Shown one piece after another: positions 7,642 through 16,787 of a stretch of DNA of 64,000 nt. The notes under the pieces were generated by a model, which ran no database searches, was not told the DNA's origin, and worked only from the letters and a program-made list of their open reading frames with translations. The stretch comes from Gemmatimonadales bacterium. Lineage in GTDB: Bacteria; Gemmatimonadota; Gemmatimonadetes; Gemmatimonadales; GWC2-71-9. Location: contig DASSQQ010000102.1 of NCBI GenBank assembly GCA_035702425.1, positions 6,747-70,746 of the forward strand, in the 5' to 3' direction. The first letter of the stretch is position 1, and each line of letters opens with the position of its first letter. Made by a program: the position numbers and the translations under genes.

Positions 7642-8390
7642 GGCCCGGGGTCCGGCACGCGCGCGAGAAAGCGCTGGAAGACCGGGTTGCCGGGGTAACG
7701 CGAGGCGAGGCCCTCCACGTACCCGCGGGCCTCGCGCCGGAGGGCGGGGTTCGGCGGATCGCGCTTCGCCTCCCGCTCGAGCGCCGCCGCGAGCACCCAG
7801 GTGGCCTCGACCCGCGCCAGATCGCCTCCGGTCGCCGCGCGCCGCAGCTCGACCAGCGCGGTGTCCGCGTTGCCGCTCCCCAGCCCGACGAGCCTCGCGA
7901 AAAAGCGCGCCAGTCCGCCGGCGCGGGCCAGACCGTATTCGTACACGCCGAGCCCGAGGTAGCAATCCACGCAGGAGGAATCGGCGGCGAGCACCAGCCG
8001 GTAGGCGTCGCGCATCGCCTTGCCGTCCTTGGCGGCGGAGAACGCGTGGCCGTGGAGGTCGCGCTGGCGCGCGCGGTAGCCCAGCGCGGTGCCCAGCCAG
8101 AACTCGGTGACCGGGCCGGGGGCGAGGGCGCGGGCGCGGCGGACACCGGCGTCGAGAAGCGAATCGATGCGGTTCCGCTCGAAGTCGTCCGAATCCTTGG
8201 CGGCGGCCCACCAGATGTAGGCGCCGGCCTCGAAGATCAACGGGGCGGGATCGGCCGTGTCGCGGGCGGCGAGGGTCTCGAAGTAGCGGCCCGCTTCGCC
8301 GAACGCGCCGGCGTACAGGGTGTCGAGTCCGGCCCGCAGATCGGGACGCGCCGGACCCTGCAGAAGAAGGAAGGCGGCGAGGAGCCGCAC
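7638..8390 (-). CDS. Hypothetical secreted all-alpha (TPR-like) protein
   Basis: 250 aa with a hydrophobic N-terminus and no motif I recognise. Its operon position (1-nt gap upstream, 4-nt overlap downstream) and its composition support coding. Confidence 0.55.
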   Translation of the reverse strand: MRLLAAFLLLQGPARPDLRAGLDTLYAGAFGEAGRYFETLAARDTADPAPLIFEAGAYIWWAAAKDSDDFERNRIDSLLDAGVRRARALAPGPVTEFWLGTALGYRARQRDLHGHAFSAAKDGKAMRDAYRLVLAADSSCVDCYLGLGVYEYGLARAGGLARFFARLVGLGSGNADTALVELRRAATGGDLARVEATWVLAAALEREAKRDPPNPALRREARGYVEGLASRYPGNPVFQRFLARVPDPGP

Positions 8391-8391
8391 G

Positions 8392-9498
8392 TCAGCGGCC
8401 GGGGCCCCGGGCCGGCGCGGGACCCAGCGCCAGCGCCACCGCGCGGGCCAGCTCCGCGAGCGCCGCTCCGGCCGGCGAATCGGGCTCGGCGGACACGATG
8501 GGCCGCCCGCCGTCGGCGAGCTGCGGGAGCTGGGCCTGGAGCGGCACCTGCGCGAGGAGCGGCACGCCCAGCTCCTCCGCCAGCCGCTTCCCGCCGCCGG
8601 AGAGGAAAAGCTCGGTGCGCTCGCCGCAGTGGGGGCAGACGTAGTAGCTCATGTTCTCGACCACTCCCAGCACCCGCACCCCCACCCGCTCGAACATCTT
8701 GGCGCCGCGGAGCGAGTCCCCCACCGCGACCTCCTGCGGGGTGGTCACGATCAGCGCGCCGTGGAGATGGATGGTCTGGGCGAGCGAGAGCTGGGCGTCG
8801 CCGGTGCCGGGCGGGAGGTCCACGATCAGGTAATCGAGCTCGCCCCACGCCACGTCGCGCAGGAATTGCTGGATCACCTTCATGATGATCGGTCCGCGCC
8901 AGATCGCCGGGGCCTCGCGCTCCACGATGAACCCCAGGGACATGAGCTTCACGCCGTGGCTCTCGAGGGGCTGGATCTTGCCGCCCGAAACTTCCGGCTT
9001 GCCGTCCACGCCCATCATCCGCGGGATGTTGGGCCCGTAGATGTCGGCGTCCATGAGGCCGACCCGGTGGCCCTGGCGCCGCAGCGCCACCGCGAGGTTG
9101 ACGGAGACGGTGGACTTCCCCACCCCGCCCTTGCCCGACGAAACCGCGAGCACCGAGCCCAGCGCCGGCATCTCCTCCGGGGTGGGCGGAGGAGGCACGG
9201 CGCCGCGAGGTGCGTGGGGCGCGGCGCGTGGGGCGCCCGCACCGGCGCCCGCGCCCTCGGTCACGCTCACGCGGACGCCGGACACGCCGGCGACGCCCTG
9301 GGCCGCCTTGCGGGCGTCGCGCGCCAGCGAGGGCGGGTCGTCGCGGGAGAGCAGGAAGGTGAAGGTGACGCCGCCATCCGCGGCCACGGCGAGGTCCGCC
9401 ACCATGCCGGCGCTGACGACGTTCTGTCCGACGCGGGGATTGGTGACGGTGGCGAGCGCGGCGCGAACGCGCTCGAGCAGATCGGCGGCGGCGGGCAC
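8392..9498 (-). CDS. apbC: Fe-S cluster carrier ATPase, Mrp/ApbC/NBP35 family
   Basis: 368 aa with an N-terminal DUF59-like domain, the deviant P-loop SGKGGVGKSTVSVNLA, and the CPHCG motif. Confidence 0.9.
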   Translation of the reverse strand: MPAAADLLERVRAALATVTNPRVGQNVVSAGMVADLAVAADGGVTFTFLLSRDDPPSLARDARKAAQGVAGVSGVRVSVTEGAGAGAGAPRAAPHAPRGAVPPPPTPEEMPALGSVLAVSSGKGGVGKSTVSVNLAVALRRQGHRVGLMDADIYGPNIPRMMGVDGKPEVSGGKIQPLESHGVKLMSLGFIVEREAPAIWRGPIIMKVIQQFLRDVAWGELDYLIVDLPPGTGDAQLSLAQTIHLHGALIVTTPQEVAVGDSLRGAKMFERVGVRVLGVVENMSYYVCPHCGERTELFLSGGGKRLAEELGVPLLAQVPLQAQLPQLADGGRPIVSAEPDSPAGAALAELARAVALALGPAPARGPGR

Positions 9499-9528
9499 GG
9501 GGGGAATGTAATCACCCCGCCCGACGGG

Positions 9529-12057
9529 TCACCAGTCGAACCAGTACGTCGCTTTCACGAGGAAAGTGTTCAGCGGGTAGGCGCGGAAGAGGCGATCGAG
9601 GTCGCCGCCGAGAGACCGGTTGCCCTCGGCCGGTTCCCCGTCCTCGCGCCCCTGGGTCCACACCAGGAAGAGCGCCGAGCCGGGCTTGTACTCCCAGCGC
9701 AACACCACGTTGGAGTTGAACTGCTTGAAGTTGAAGCCGCCCGGATTGTTGGTGACCGCGGTGTCTCCGTAGGGCGCGAAGCGCGCCGCGTAGTCGGCGG
9801 CCCGCGGGTCCACCACCTCCCGCACCTGGGAGTAGGTGCCCTTGCTCACGAAGGGATTGGCGTAGATCTGGAGCGTGAGCGTGGGCGACGCGGTGTAGTC
9901 CACGCGGAAGGTGAGTCCCACGGTGGTCTGATCGAGATGGGCGAAGGTGTAGTGCGTCGCCTGGGTCGAGTCGACGAAGTTCCCGTAGAACTGCGTGTTG
10001 TCGCGGTTGCGACTGTAGCTCACGCCGATGGTCGGCGTGGTGCGGGCCGAGAGGCGAAACTGCAGCGTGGGATCGAAAGAGGTGCGCACGGTGCGTCCGC
10101 CGTCGGTGCGCACGAATTGCGCGAAGATGTCCGGATAGAAGACGCTGCGCTGGTCGCCCTGCGCCTCGATCCACGGCGCGAGGTAGGAATCCTGGCGCAG
10201 GGCGGGTCCGCCGCGGGTGCAGCGGTCGCAGTAGGTGGCGCCGAGCTGGCCCACGGTGCCGCCGGCGTGCAGCCACCAGTTGTTGCGGAACTGAATGTGG
10301 GTGTTGGTATTGAGCGCCTGCTCGAGCAACAGTCCGCCGGCGCTGGTCCAGTCGTGCCACTCGTTGAAGTTCCAGCGGAGCGCCTGGAACCAGGAGCTGG
10401 GGTGCTGAAAGAAGAGACCCACCCAGGTGCTTTGGTCCTGCCAGTCGGCGCGGTTCAGGAAGCCCAGGTCGTTGGGCTCGAATCCCGGGGAGATGCGCTG
10501 ATAGCTGGTCTCGAAGTACACCAGGCCGCCGCCCATCTTCGACAAGTGAATGGTCTCCGCGTGGCCGGCCAGGCTGGTGCGGGTGGAGTCGAAGCGCAGC
10601 GATCCGTCGGGGCGCTGATAGTAATGGGCGGGGTCGGTCTGGGTCGCGGCGATCGCGGCGGTGCTGCCGCTGACGTCGCTCGCGGTGACCGAGCCCGTGA
10701 GCTCGTAGTTGTTCCCCGGACCGAACCGGTGCCGGAAGTCCACGCCGCCGACGTAGGCGGAGCTCCGCAGGAACCCGCGGGTGAGCGAATCGAGGGAGCG
10801 GTCGACGGCGGTGAAAATCGCTCCCACGCCGCTCTGGTGGTTGTCCAGGTCCTGCTCCAGACGCAGCACGCCGTAGTTGGTCGCCGGCTCGATGGTGCGA
10901 TCCGCCGGGCCCGTTTCCCGCCCCGTCACCGCCTCGAGGAGGCCGAGGGTGAGGCCACCGGTGGAGCGGCCGGTGAGTTTGCCCGCGCCCAGAATCGTGG
11001 TGGCCGTGGGCGAGCTCGCGTCCCCGTACGCGTCCAGGAGCTGGGGCCGGCGGCCGATGCGGCGGGAATAGAACAGGCCCTCGCCGGCGCAGCTCACCTG
11101 GTTGCAGTTCACGGGGAAGCGGTACACGCCGGTCCCCTCGAGGAAGAAGGGGCGCTTCTCCTGATAGAAGGTCTCGAACGCCGTGAGGTTCAGCACCGCG
11201 GGGTCCGCTTCGACCTGCCCGAAGTCCGGATTCACGGTGCCGTCCAGCGTGTAGTTCGAGGTGACGCCGTACTTGAAATCGGCGCCGGCGCCGAAGGTCT
11301 GGTGCCGGTCGAAGCCGGAGGCGGTGGCGAGCGGCTCGTTCTTGGCGACCGCGTATGGCGTCACGTCGAGGCGGCGCGGCGCCGGCACGTCGTCGATCCC
11401 GGTGACGTCGCCCAGCTGGGACATGAACCCGATCTGGGTGGGGTGATAGGCCGGCCACGCCACCCGCTCCTTGTACCGCTCGATGTCGCGCCAGATGGCG
11501 AAGCCGAAGGTATGGGTCGGGGAGGGTGCGAACCGGAGCTGCGACAGCGGCACCCGGAACTCGGCCGTCCAGCCCAGCGAGTCCACCCGGGTGGCGACGT
11601 CCCACACGCCGTCCCAGGACTCGTCTTCGTTCACGTCGTCGTACACCGCGTAGTCGCGCTTCACGCCGCCCGGGCTCACCGCGAACTCGTAGCCGGTGCG
11701 CCGGTCGTGGTAGGCGTCGATGACGATCTTGAGCTGATCCGTGGGGGGACGCACGTCGCGCCGGGCGAGCACGTTGGAGATCTTCTGCGGCTCGGGGTCG
11801 TAGGCCCGGATGAAGACGTAGAAGTTGTGATCGTCGAAGGCGACCTTGGCCTCGGTGCGGAACCGGGCGGGAGCGCCCTCCACCGGCACGAATTCGGTGA
11901 AGTCGGTGATGGCGGGCGCGGAGCGCCAGACCGGATCGTCGTCCCGGCCGTCGATCACCACCGGCACCGCGGTACGCGCCGCGACCGCCGTCGGAGCGGC
12001 GGGTGGTCCGCCCCCCTGCAACAGGGCGGCGACGGCGAAGAACGCGTGCCAGGTCAT
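9529..12057 (-). CDS. CBM9/DOMON-like plus DUF5916-type large secreted/outer-membrane protein
   Basis: 842 aa with a signal peptide and an N-terminal module (VVIDGRDDDPVWRSA..FYVFIRAYD). A long beta-rich region follows and ends in the aromatic KATYWFDW. Confidence 0.75.
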   Translation of the reverse strand: MTWHAFFAVAALLQGGGPPAAPTAVAARTAVPVVIDGRDDDPVWRSAPAITDFTEFVPVEGAPARFRTEAKVAFDDHNFYVFIRAYDPEPQKISNVLARRDVRPPTDQLKIVIDAYHDRRTGYEFAVSPGGVKRDYAVYDDVNEDESWDGVWDVATRVDSLGWTAEFRVPLSQLRFAPSPTHTFGFAIWRDIERYKERVAWPAYHPTQIGFMSQLGDVTGIDDVPAPRRLDVTPYAVAKNEPLATASGFDRHQTFGAGADFKYGVTSNYTLDGTVNPDFGQVEADPAVLNLTAFETFYQEKRPFFLEGTGVYRFPVNCNQVSCAGEGLFYSRRIGRRPQLLDAYGDASSPTATTILGAGKLTGRSTGGLTLGLLEAVTGRETGPADRTIEPATNYGVLRLEQDLDNHQSGVGAIFTAVDRSLDSLTRGFLRSSAYVGGVDFRHRFGPGNNYELTGSVTASDVSGSTAAIAATQTDPAHYYQRPDGSLRFDSTRTSLAGHAETIHLSKMGGGLVYFETSYQRISPGFEPNDLGFLNRADWQDQSTWVGLFFQHPSSWFQALRWNFNEWHDWTSAGGLLLEQALNTNTHIQFRNNWWLHAGGTVGQLGATYCDRCTRGGPALRQDSYLAPWIEAQGDQRSVFYPDIFAQFVRTDGGRTVRTSFDPTLQFRLSARTTPTIGVSYSRNRDNTQFYGNFVDSTQATHYTFAHLDQTTVGLTFRVDYTASPTLTLQIYANPFVSKGTYSQVREVVDPRAADYAARFAPYGDTAVTNNPGGFNFKQFNSNVVLRWEYKPGSALFLVWTQGREDGEPAEGNRSLGGDLDRLFRAYPLNTFLVKATYWFDW

Positions 12058-12178
12058 GACGAGCCAAATATATGATTGCTTCGGGGCCGATAAGGTTGCA
12101 TGTCGCGGCGCTCTCTAACGGGCCGCGGGCCCGCCCGGTATCTTAGCCGGCGGCCGCCTCGCGCGGCCGCTTTCGCCG

Positions 12179-13312
12179 ATGGGAATCGCCTGGAGCAGGT
12201 TCGCCCGGGGAGTCCTGGCACTCACCGCCACCCTCGCGACCGCGTGCGGCCGCCAGCGGGCGCCGAGGGTCATCGGCTACGCGTACGCCTCGGTCGAGAA
12301 CAGCGTGGTGGCGCTGGCGCGGGAAACGATGCGCGCCTGGCCCGGATTCACTCCCCCGGAGGTGTTGAGCGCCCGCCGCAACGTCAGCTGGGCCGGGCCG
12401 GCCGGCGAGGTCCAGCGGGCCGCGAAGCTCGTGGCCATGCCCGGGCTGGTGGGCGTCGTGGGACCGGCGAGCAGTCGGGAGACGCTGGTCTCCGCTCCCA
12501 TCTACGACGAAGCCGGGATTCCGGTGATCATCCCCAACGCCAACAGCCGGCTCCTGCGACAGGGCGGACCCTGGCTCTTCCGGCTCGCGCCCGACGACTC
12601 GATCGAGGGCGATTTCATCGCCGGGTACGCGGCGGGCGGACTCCGCGTGCACGCCGTGGTGGTGCTCTACGAGAACGACGAGTACGGTCTGGGCCTCCGG
12701 GACGGCGTGAAGGCGGGCCTCGCGGCCCGTCACGTTCCGGTGGTGGCCGACCTGCCGCTCTCCGGCCCCTGCGCCGACGCGGCCGGCCGGCTCACCAGCG
12801 AAACCGACCTCGCGATCGAGACGGTCCGCCGCACGGGGGCGGACGCGGTGCTCCTCGCGAGTCAATCCGCTCTCGCCGCCTGCCTCGCCCGCGCCATCTA
12901 CGCCCGGAATCCGCGGGTTCACTTCCTCGCGGGCGACGGCGTCGAGAGCGCCAACCTGATTCTCGCCGGCGTGGGCCCCGCCGCGGGCGCGTTCTCGATC
13001 GCCGCCTTCTGGTATCCGGCCTTTCCCGACAGCGTTTCCCGCGCCTTCGTGACCCGATTCCGCGCGGCGGCCGATCGCGACCCGTCCCCGCACGAGGCGC
13101 TGGAGTACGACGCGCTGATCACCCTGGCGCGCGCCGTGCGCGAGGTGGGGCCCAGTCCCCGGGCGGTGCGCGCCTATCTGCTCTCGCTCGGCCTGGACCG
13201 CCCGCCCCTCGCGGGCGTCACCGGCGCCATCGGATTCGGGCCGGGCTTTCAGCGGCCGCTGTTCATGGTGCGCATCGACCGCGGCCGTGCCGTGCCGGTC
13301 GCGGCCCCGTGA
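12179..13312 (+). CDS. Type-1 periplasmic binding protein (LivK/amide-binding-like) lipoprotein
   Basis: 377 aa with a lipoprotein-like leader (LTATLATAC) and a PBP1 pattern (VVGPASSRETL, IPVIIPNA, VVLYENDEYG). Confidence 0.8.
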   Translation: MGIAWSRFARGVLALTATLATACGRQRAPRVIGYAYASVENSVVALARETMRAWPGFTPPEVLSARRNVSWAGPAGEVQRAAKLVAMPGLVGVVGPASSRETLVSAPIYDEAGIPVIIPNANSRLLRQGGPWLFRLAPDDSIEGDFIAGYAAGGLRVHAVVVLYENDEYGLGLRDGVKAGLAARHVPVVADLPLSGPCADAAGRLTSETDLAIETVRRTGADAVLLASQSALAACLARAIYARNPRVHFLAGDGVESANLILAGVGPAAGAFSIAAFWYPAFPDSVSRAFVTRFRAAADRDPSPHEALEYDALITLARAVREVGPSPRAVRAYLLSLGLDRPPLAGVTGAIGFGPGFQRPLFMVRIDRGRAVPVAAP

Positions 13313-16236
13313 CCCCGCCCCCGGCCCTGCGGCGGGGGATCGCTCTCCGCACCGCGCTCCGCGCCGCGGCGATCGGGGCCGGGGTCTACATCGCGCTGAT
13401 CGCCGCGGTCATCGCGTGGCGCATCAAGCCCACCGCCGATTCCCTGCGCGCCAAGAGCGTCGCCCTGCTCGCGCAATACAACCTGGTGCGGGCCCGGACC
13501 GACGCGCTCCGCTCCGCGCGCGACGAAATCGCGACCCTGGTGGCGAGCGGTCCCCGCGGCGAGGCCGCGCTGGCCGCGGTGCGCCGCCACGCCCTGCTGC
13601 TCGAGGCGAGACTCGACACCCTCGCTCCCGGCCGCTCGGCGGATCAGGTTCCGGGCATCCCCACGGGCATGCGCACCGTGCTCGCCGCGGCGACGGGAAC
13701 GCAGTCCAGTCTGGGCACCACGCTCTACCAGGCGCTCGCCGCGCTGCAGCTCGGACGCGGCAGCGAAGCGGCGGCCCGTCTCGACGACGCGGACTCCATC
13801 GCCGCGCTGCTCAACCGGCGGGTCGCCGACGCCGATCGCCTGGGGATGGTGGACCTGATCGCCCGGGAGCGCTCGCTCTCCGGCGCCCTGCGCACCGCGC
13901 TCTCCGCGCTCGCGGGGTGGATGGTGCTGGGCGCGTTCTTCGTGCCGCTGATCGCCGTCTTCGTGCAGCGCCGCTTCTACCGCCCGCTCGAGGAGCTCGA
14001 CCGCGGCCTGTCCCGGGTGGCGGGAGGCGACCTGGAGGGCTCGATCCCGGTGCGGCGTGCCGACGAGCTGGGACGGCTCGGCGCCCAGTTCAACCAGATG
14101 ACCGGCCTGCTGCGGGAGCGCGCGGAGGATGAGCGCCGGCGCCGGGAAGACCTCTCCGAGCGCTACCGGACCATGTTCGAGTCCGCCCCGGTAGGCATGG
14201 CGCTGGTGGACGCGCGGGGCCGATACCGCCAGGCCAATCCGGCGCTGGAACGCTTCCTCGGCTACCCGGCCGCCGAGCTCGCGGGACGCCACTTCAGCGA
14301 AGTCACGCTGCCTGAAGACGTGGCCGAGACCGACCGCCAGTTCCAGGCGCTGCTGTGGGGCGCGCGGGATCGTTTCGAAATGGAGAAACGCTACCGGCGC
14401 AAGGACGGCGACGTGGTGTGGGCGAGGCTCTCGGTGAACGCGGTGCGGGACGCCAAGGGCGTGCTGGTCCACACGGTCTCGATGATCGAAGACATCACGG
14501 CGCAGAAGCTCGACGAGGCGGCGGTCCGCGACCGCGACCAGCAGCTGCGAAGCCATCACGCGGCCCTGGTCCAGCTCGCGCAATCGCCGGCCCTCTACCA
14601 GGGCGACTCCCCCGCGACCTGGCGCGAGATCACCGAGTCGGCCGGACGCACCCTCGGCGTCGCGCGGGTGGGGATCTGGCTCTACGACGCCGAGCGCACC
14701 GCCATCCGCTGCGTGGATCTCTACGAGCTGCCGGCCAACCGCCACGGGACGCTGGGGGCCCATGCCGCCGCGGAATACCCGGCGTATCGCCGGGCGCTCG
14801 ACGAGGATCGGGTGATCGCGGCGCACGACGTGCACGCGGACCCGAGGACGCAGGAGCTGTCGGCCGGCCACGTCGCCACCGCCGCGGTCACCTCCCGCCT
14901 GGACGCGCCGATCCGGGTGGGCGGCCGGACGGTGGGCGTGGTCTGCCACGAGCACACTGGTCCCCCGCGGCAATGGAGCGCGGAAGCGCAGAGTTTCGCC
15001 GGCTCGATCGCAGACATCGCGGGGCTGGCCCTGCAGGCGGGCGAGCGCCGCCGCCTCGAAGAGCAGCTCCTGCAGTCACAGAAGCTCGACGCGGTGGGCC
15101 GGCTGGCGGGCGGCGTGGCGCACGATTTCAACAACCTGCTGTCGGCGATGCTCGGCTACGCCGAGATCACCCAGCGCTCGCTCGCCGCCGAGGACCCGCG
15201 CCGGGCGGACCTGGAAGAGATCCGGCGCGCGGGCCGGCGGGCGGCCGACCTCATCCATCAGCTCCTGGCCTTCGCCCGGCGCCAGGTGATCGAGCCGCGA
15301 GTGGTGAGCGTGAACGAGCTGATCGCGAACATGCAGAAGATGCTGCGGCGGCTGATCGGCGCCGACGTCGAGCTCGCCACCAGCCTGGCCCCGGACGCGG
15401 AGCCGGTGAAAGTGGATCCGGGACAGTTCGAGCAGGTGGTGATGAACCTGGTGGTGAACGCGCGGCACGCGATGCCCGCCGGTGGGAAGTTGATGGTCAC
15501 GACGGGTAACGTGCACTTCGCGCCGCCGCGCGCCGCGGAAGCGGGCGTGGCGCCGGGGCCTTTCGTGCGCGTCTCGGTGAGCGACACCGGGGTGGGCATG
15601 AGCGCCGAGACGATGAGCCGCGTCTTCGAACCCTTCTTCACTACCAAGGAGCCCGGCCAGGGGACCGGACTCGGCCTCGCCACCTGTTACGGGATCGTCA
15701 AGCAGGCCAACGGGCACATCGCGGTGACCAGCGAGGTCGGCTGCGGCACCACCTTCGAGATCTACCTGCCGGTCGCGGACGAACGGCCGGCGCAGGCCCC
15801 GGCGGCGGAGGAGGAGGCCGCGCCTTCCGGCACCGAGACGCTGCTCCTCGTCGAGGACGAGGAGCAGGTCCGGGCCATGGCCACCCGGCTCCTCGGCGCG
15901 CAGGGGTACGAGGTGCTCGCCGCGGGGGACCCCGACCAAGCGCTGGCGATCGTCCGCGACCACTCCGGGTCCATTCATCTGATGATCACGGACGTGGTCT
16001 TGCCGCGGATGAGCGGACGGGTGCTGGCGCAGCGGGTGATGGAGGCGCGGCCGGAGACGCGCGTGCTCTACATCTCGGGGTACGCGGAGGACGTGATCGT
16101 CCACCGCGGGGTGCTGGAGCCGGGAGTGTCCTACCTGCAGAAGCCCCTCACCGCCGCGACGCTGGCGCGTCGCGTGCGGGAGGTGCTCGATGCTCCGGTA
16201 CCAGTCAGGGCTTCGCCGCGCTCGCCACCAGCGTAG
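13309..16236 (+). CDS. Hybrid sensor histidine kinase (2TM-HAMP-PAS-GAF-HisKA-HATPase-REC)
   Basis: Track ORF 12100..16236 trimmed to GTG 13309, which forms a GTGA overlap with the PBP stop. It has an H-box (VAHDFNNLL), N and G boxes (NLVVNARHAM, DTGVGM, GTGLGLA), and a C-terminal receiver (LLLVEDE...MITDVVLP). Confidence 0.9.
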   Translation: MTPPPALRRGIALRTALRAAAIGAGVYIALIAAVIAWRIKPTADSLRAKSVALLAQYNLVRARTDALRSARDEIATLVASGPRGEAALAAVRRHALLLEARLDTLAPGRSADQVPGIPTGMRTVLAAATGTQSSLGTTLYQALAALQLGRGSEAAARLDDADSIAALLNRRVADADRLGMVDLIARERSLSGALRTALSALAGWMVLGAFFVPLIAVFVQRRFYRPLEELDRGLSRVAGGDLEGSIPVRRADELGRLGAQFNQMTGLLRERAEDERRRREDLSERYRTMFESAPVGMALVDARGRYRQANPALERFLGYPAAELAGRHFSEVTLPEDVAETDRQFQALLWGARDRFEMEKRYRRKDGDVVWARLSVNAVRDAKGVLVHTVSMIEDITAQKLDEAAVRDRDQQLRSHHAALVQLAQSPALYQGDSPATWREITESAGRTLGVARVGIWLYDAERTAIRCVDLYELPANRHGTLGAHAAAEYPAYRRALDEDRVIAAHDVHADPRTQELSAGHVATAAVTSRLDAPIRVGGRTVGVVCHEHTGPPRQWSAEAQSFAGSIADIAGLALQAGERRRLEEQLLQSQKLDAVGRLAGGVAHDFNNLLSAMLGYAEITQRSLAAEDPRRADLEEIRRAGRRAADLIHQLLAFARRQVIEPRVVSVNELIANMQKMLRRLIGADVELATSLAPDAEPVKVDPGQFEQVVMNLVVNARHAMPAGGKLMVTTGNVHFAPPRAAEAGVAPGPFVRVSVSDTGVGMSAETMSRVFEPFFTTKEPGQGTGLGLATCYGIVKQANGHIAVTSEVGCGTTFEIYLPVADERPAQAPAAEEEAAPSGTETLLLVEDEEQVRAMATRLLGAQGYEVLAAGDPDQALAIVRDHSGSIHLMITDVVLPRMSGRVLAQRVMEARPETRVLYISGYAEDVIVHRGVLEPGVSYLQKPLTAATLARRVREVLDAPVPVRASPRSPPA

Positions 16237-16756
16237 GACCCTTCGCGGCCGGTGAGACCACCAGCCGCACCCACATCCCCGCCGCGCCGTGGCCCGGCAC
16301 GGCGCAGAAGATGATGTAGTTCCCCGCCTGCGCCGCGATGAAGCGGACGTCCTGCTTCGCTTCGGCGCTGAGCCCGCCCGCCAGGTTGGACGTGGCGGCG
16401 TGCGCGAAGGCCGGAGTGACGGGGCCCACCGGAATGGGCTGGCTGTCGCGAATCACTTCGACCGAATGCGGAAGCATCTGGTCGTTGTTCCGCACGTGCA
16501 GCACCACCGTCCATCCCTCCGGAACGGTGAGCGTGAGGCCGCCGTCCTTGGCGCCGTCGAAATTCATTCCGGCGTTCAAGGGCGTGAGCCCGGCGATGAC
16601 CGTGAACTCGGCCGTTTTCGCGGTGGAATCGGTCTTGAGCCACGCCGAGGCGGCTTCCTTCCCCGCCGACCCCTGCGCTCCGGCTCCCGCGGCCAGGAGA
16701 CACAACCCCGCCGCGGCGGCCAGTGCCCTCGTTCCCTGCTTCGTCAGTGCGCGCAT
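16205..16756 (-). CDS. Type-1 copper protein, rusticyanin/sulfocyanin-like cupredoxin
   Basis: 183 aa with a signal peptide. Candidate Cu ligands are PHS...FCAVPGHGAAGMW (Cys-x4-His-x4-Met), close to the rusticyanin loop CQIPGHAATGM. GGGAG sits 5 nt upstream of the ATG. Confidence 0.8.
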   Translation of the reverse strand: MRALTKQGTRALAAAAGLCLLAAGAGAQGSAGKEAASAWLKTDSTAKTAEFTVIAGLTPLNAGMNFDGAKDGGLTLTVPEGWTVVLHVRNNDQMLPHSVEVIRDSQPIPVGPVTPAFAHAATSNLAGGLSAEAKQDVRFIAAQAGNYIIFCAVPGHGAAGMWVRLVVSPAAKGPTLVASAAKP

Positions 16757-16787
16757 CTTCGCTCCCGGTAAGGGTCGGAGGACCCGG

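Noticed and set aside
5555-8146. Long 5' extensions of track ORFs: 5555..8146, 6298..8211, 910..2304, 1836..3557, 12100..16236, 20923..22899, 24848..26119, 25192..26772, 33320..35107, 38248..40290, 44777..46429, 46515..48920, 46554..49451, 47528..49615, 51308..53089 and 53096..55102.
   Set aside because: In each case the recognisable protein starts at an internal in-frame ATG or GTG, often overlapping the upstream stop by 4 nt. The extension overlaps a well-supported upstream gene and translates to low-complexity sequence.
8320-12075. A 1251-aa plus-strand ORF, the longest in this region of the track.
   Set aside because: It is antisense to the Mrp/ApbC and DUF5916 genes, which have clear motifs. 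Its translation is R/G/A/H/P-rich low-complexity sequence with no recognisable domain. This is a typical shadow frame in high-GC DNA.
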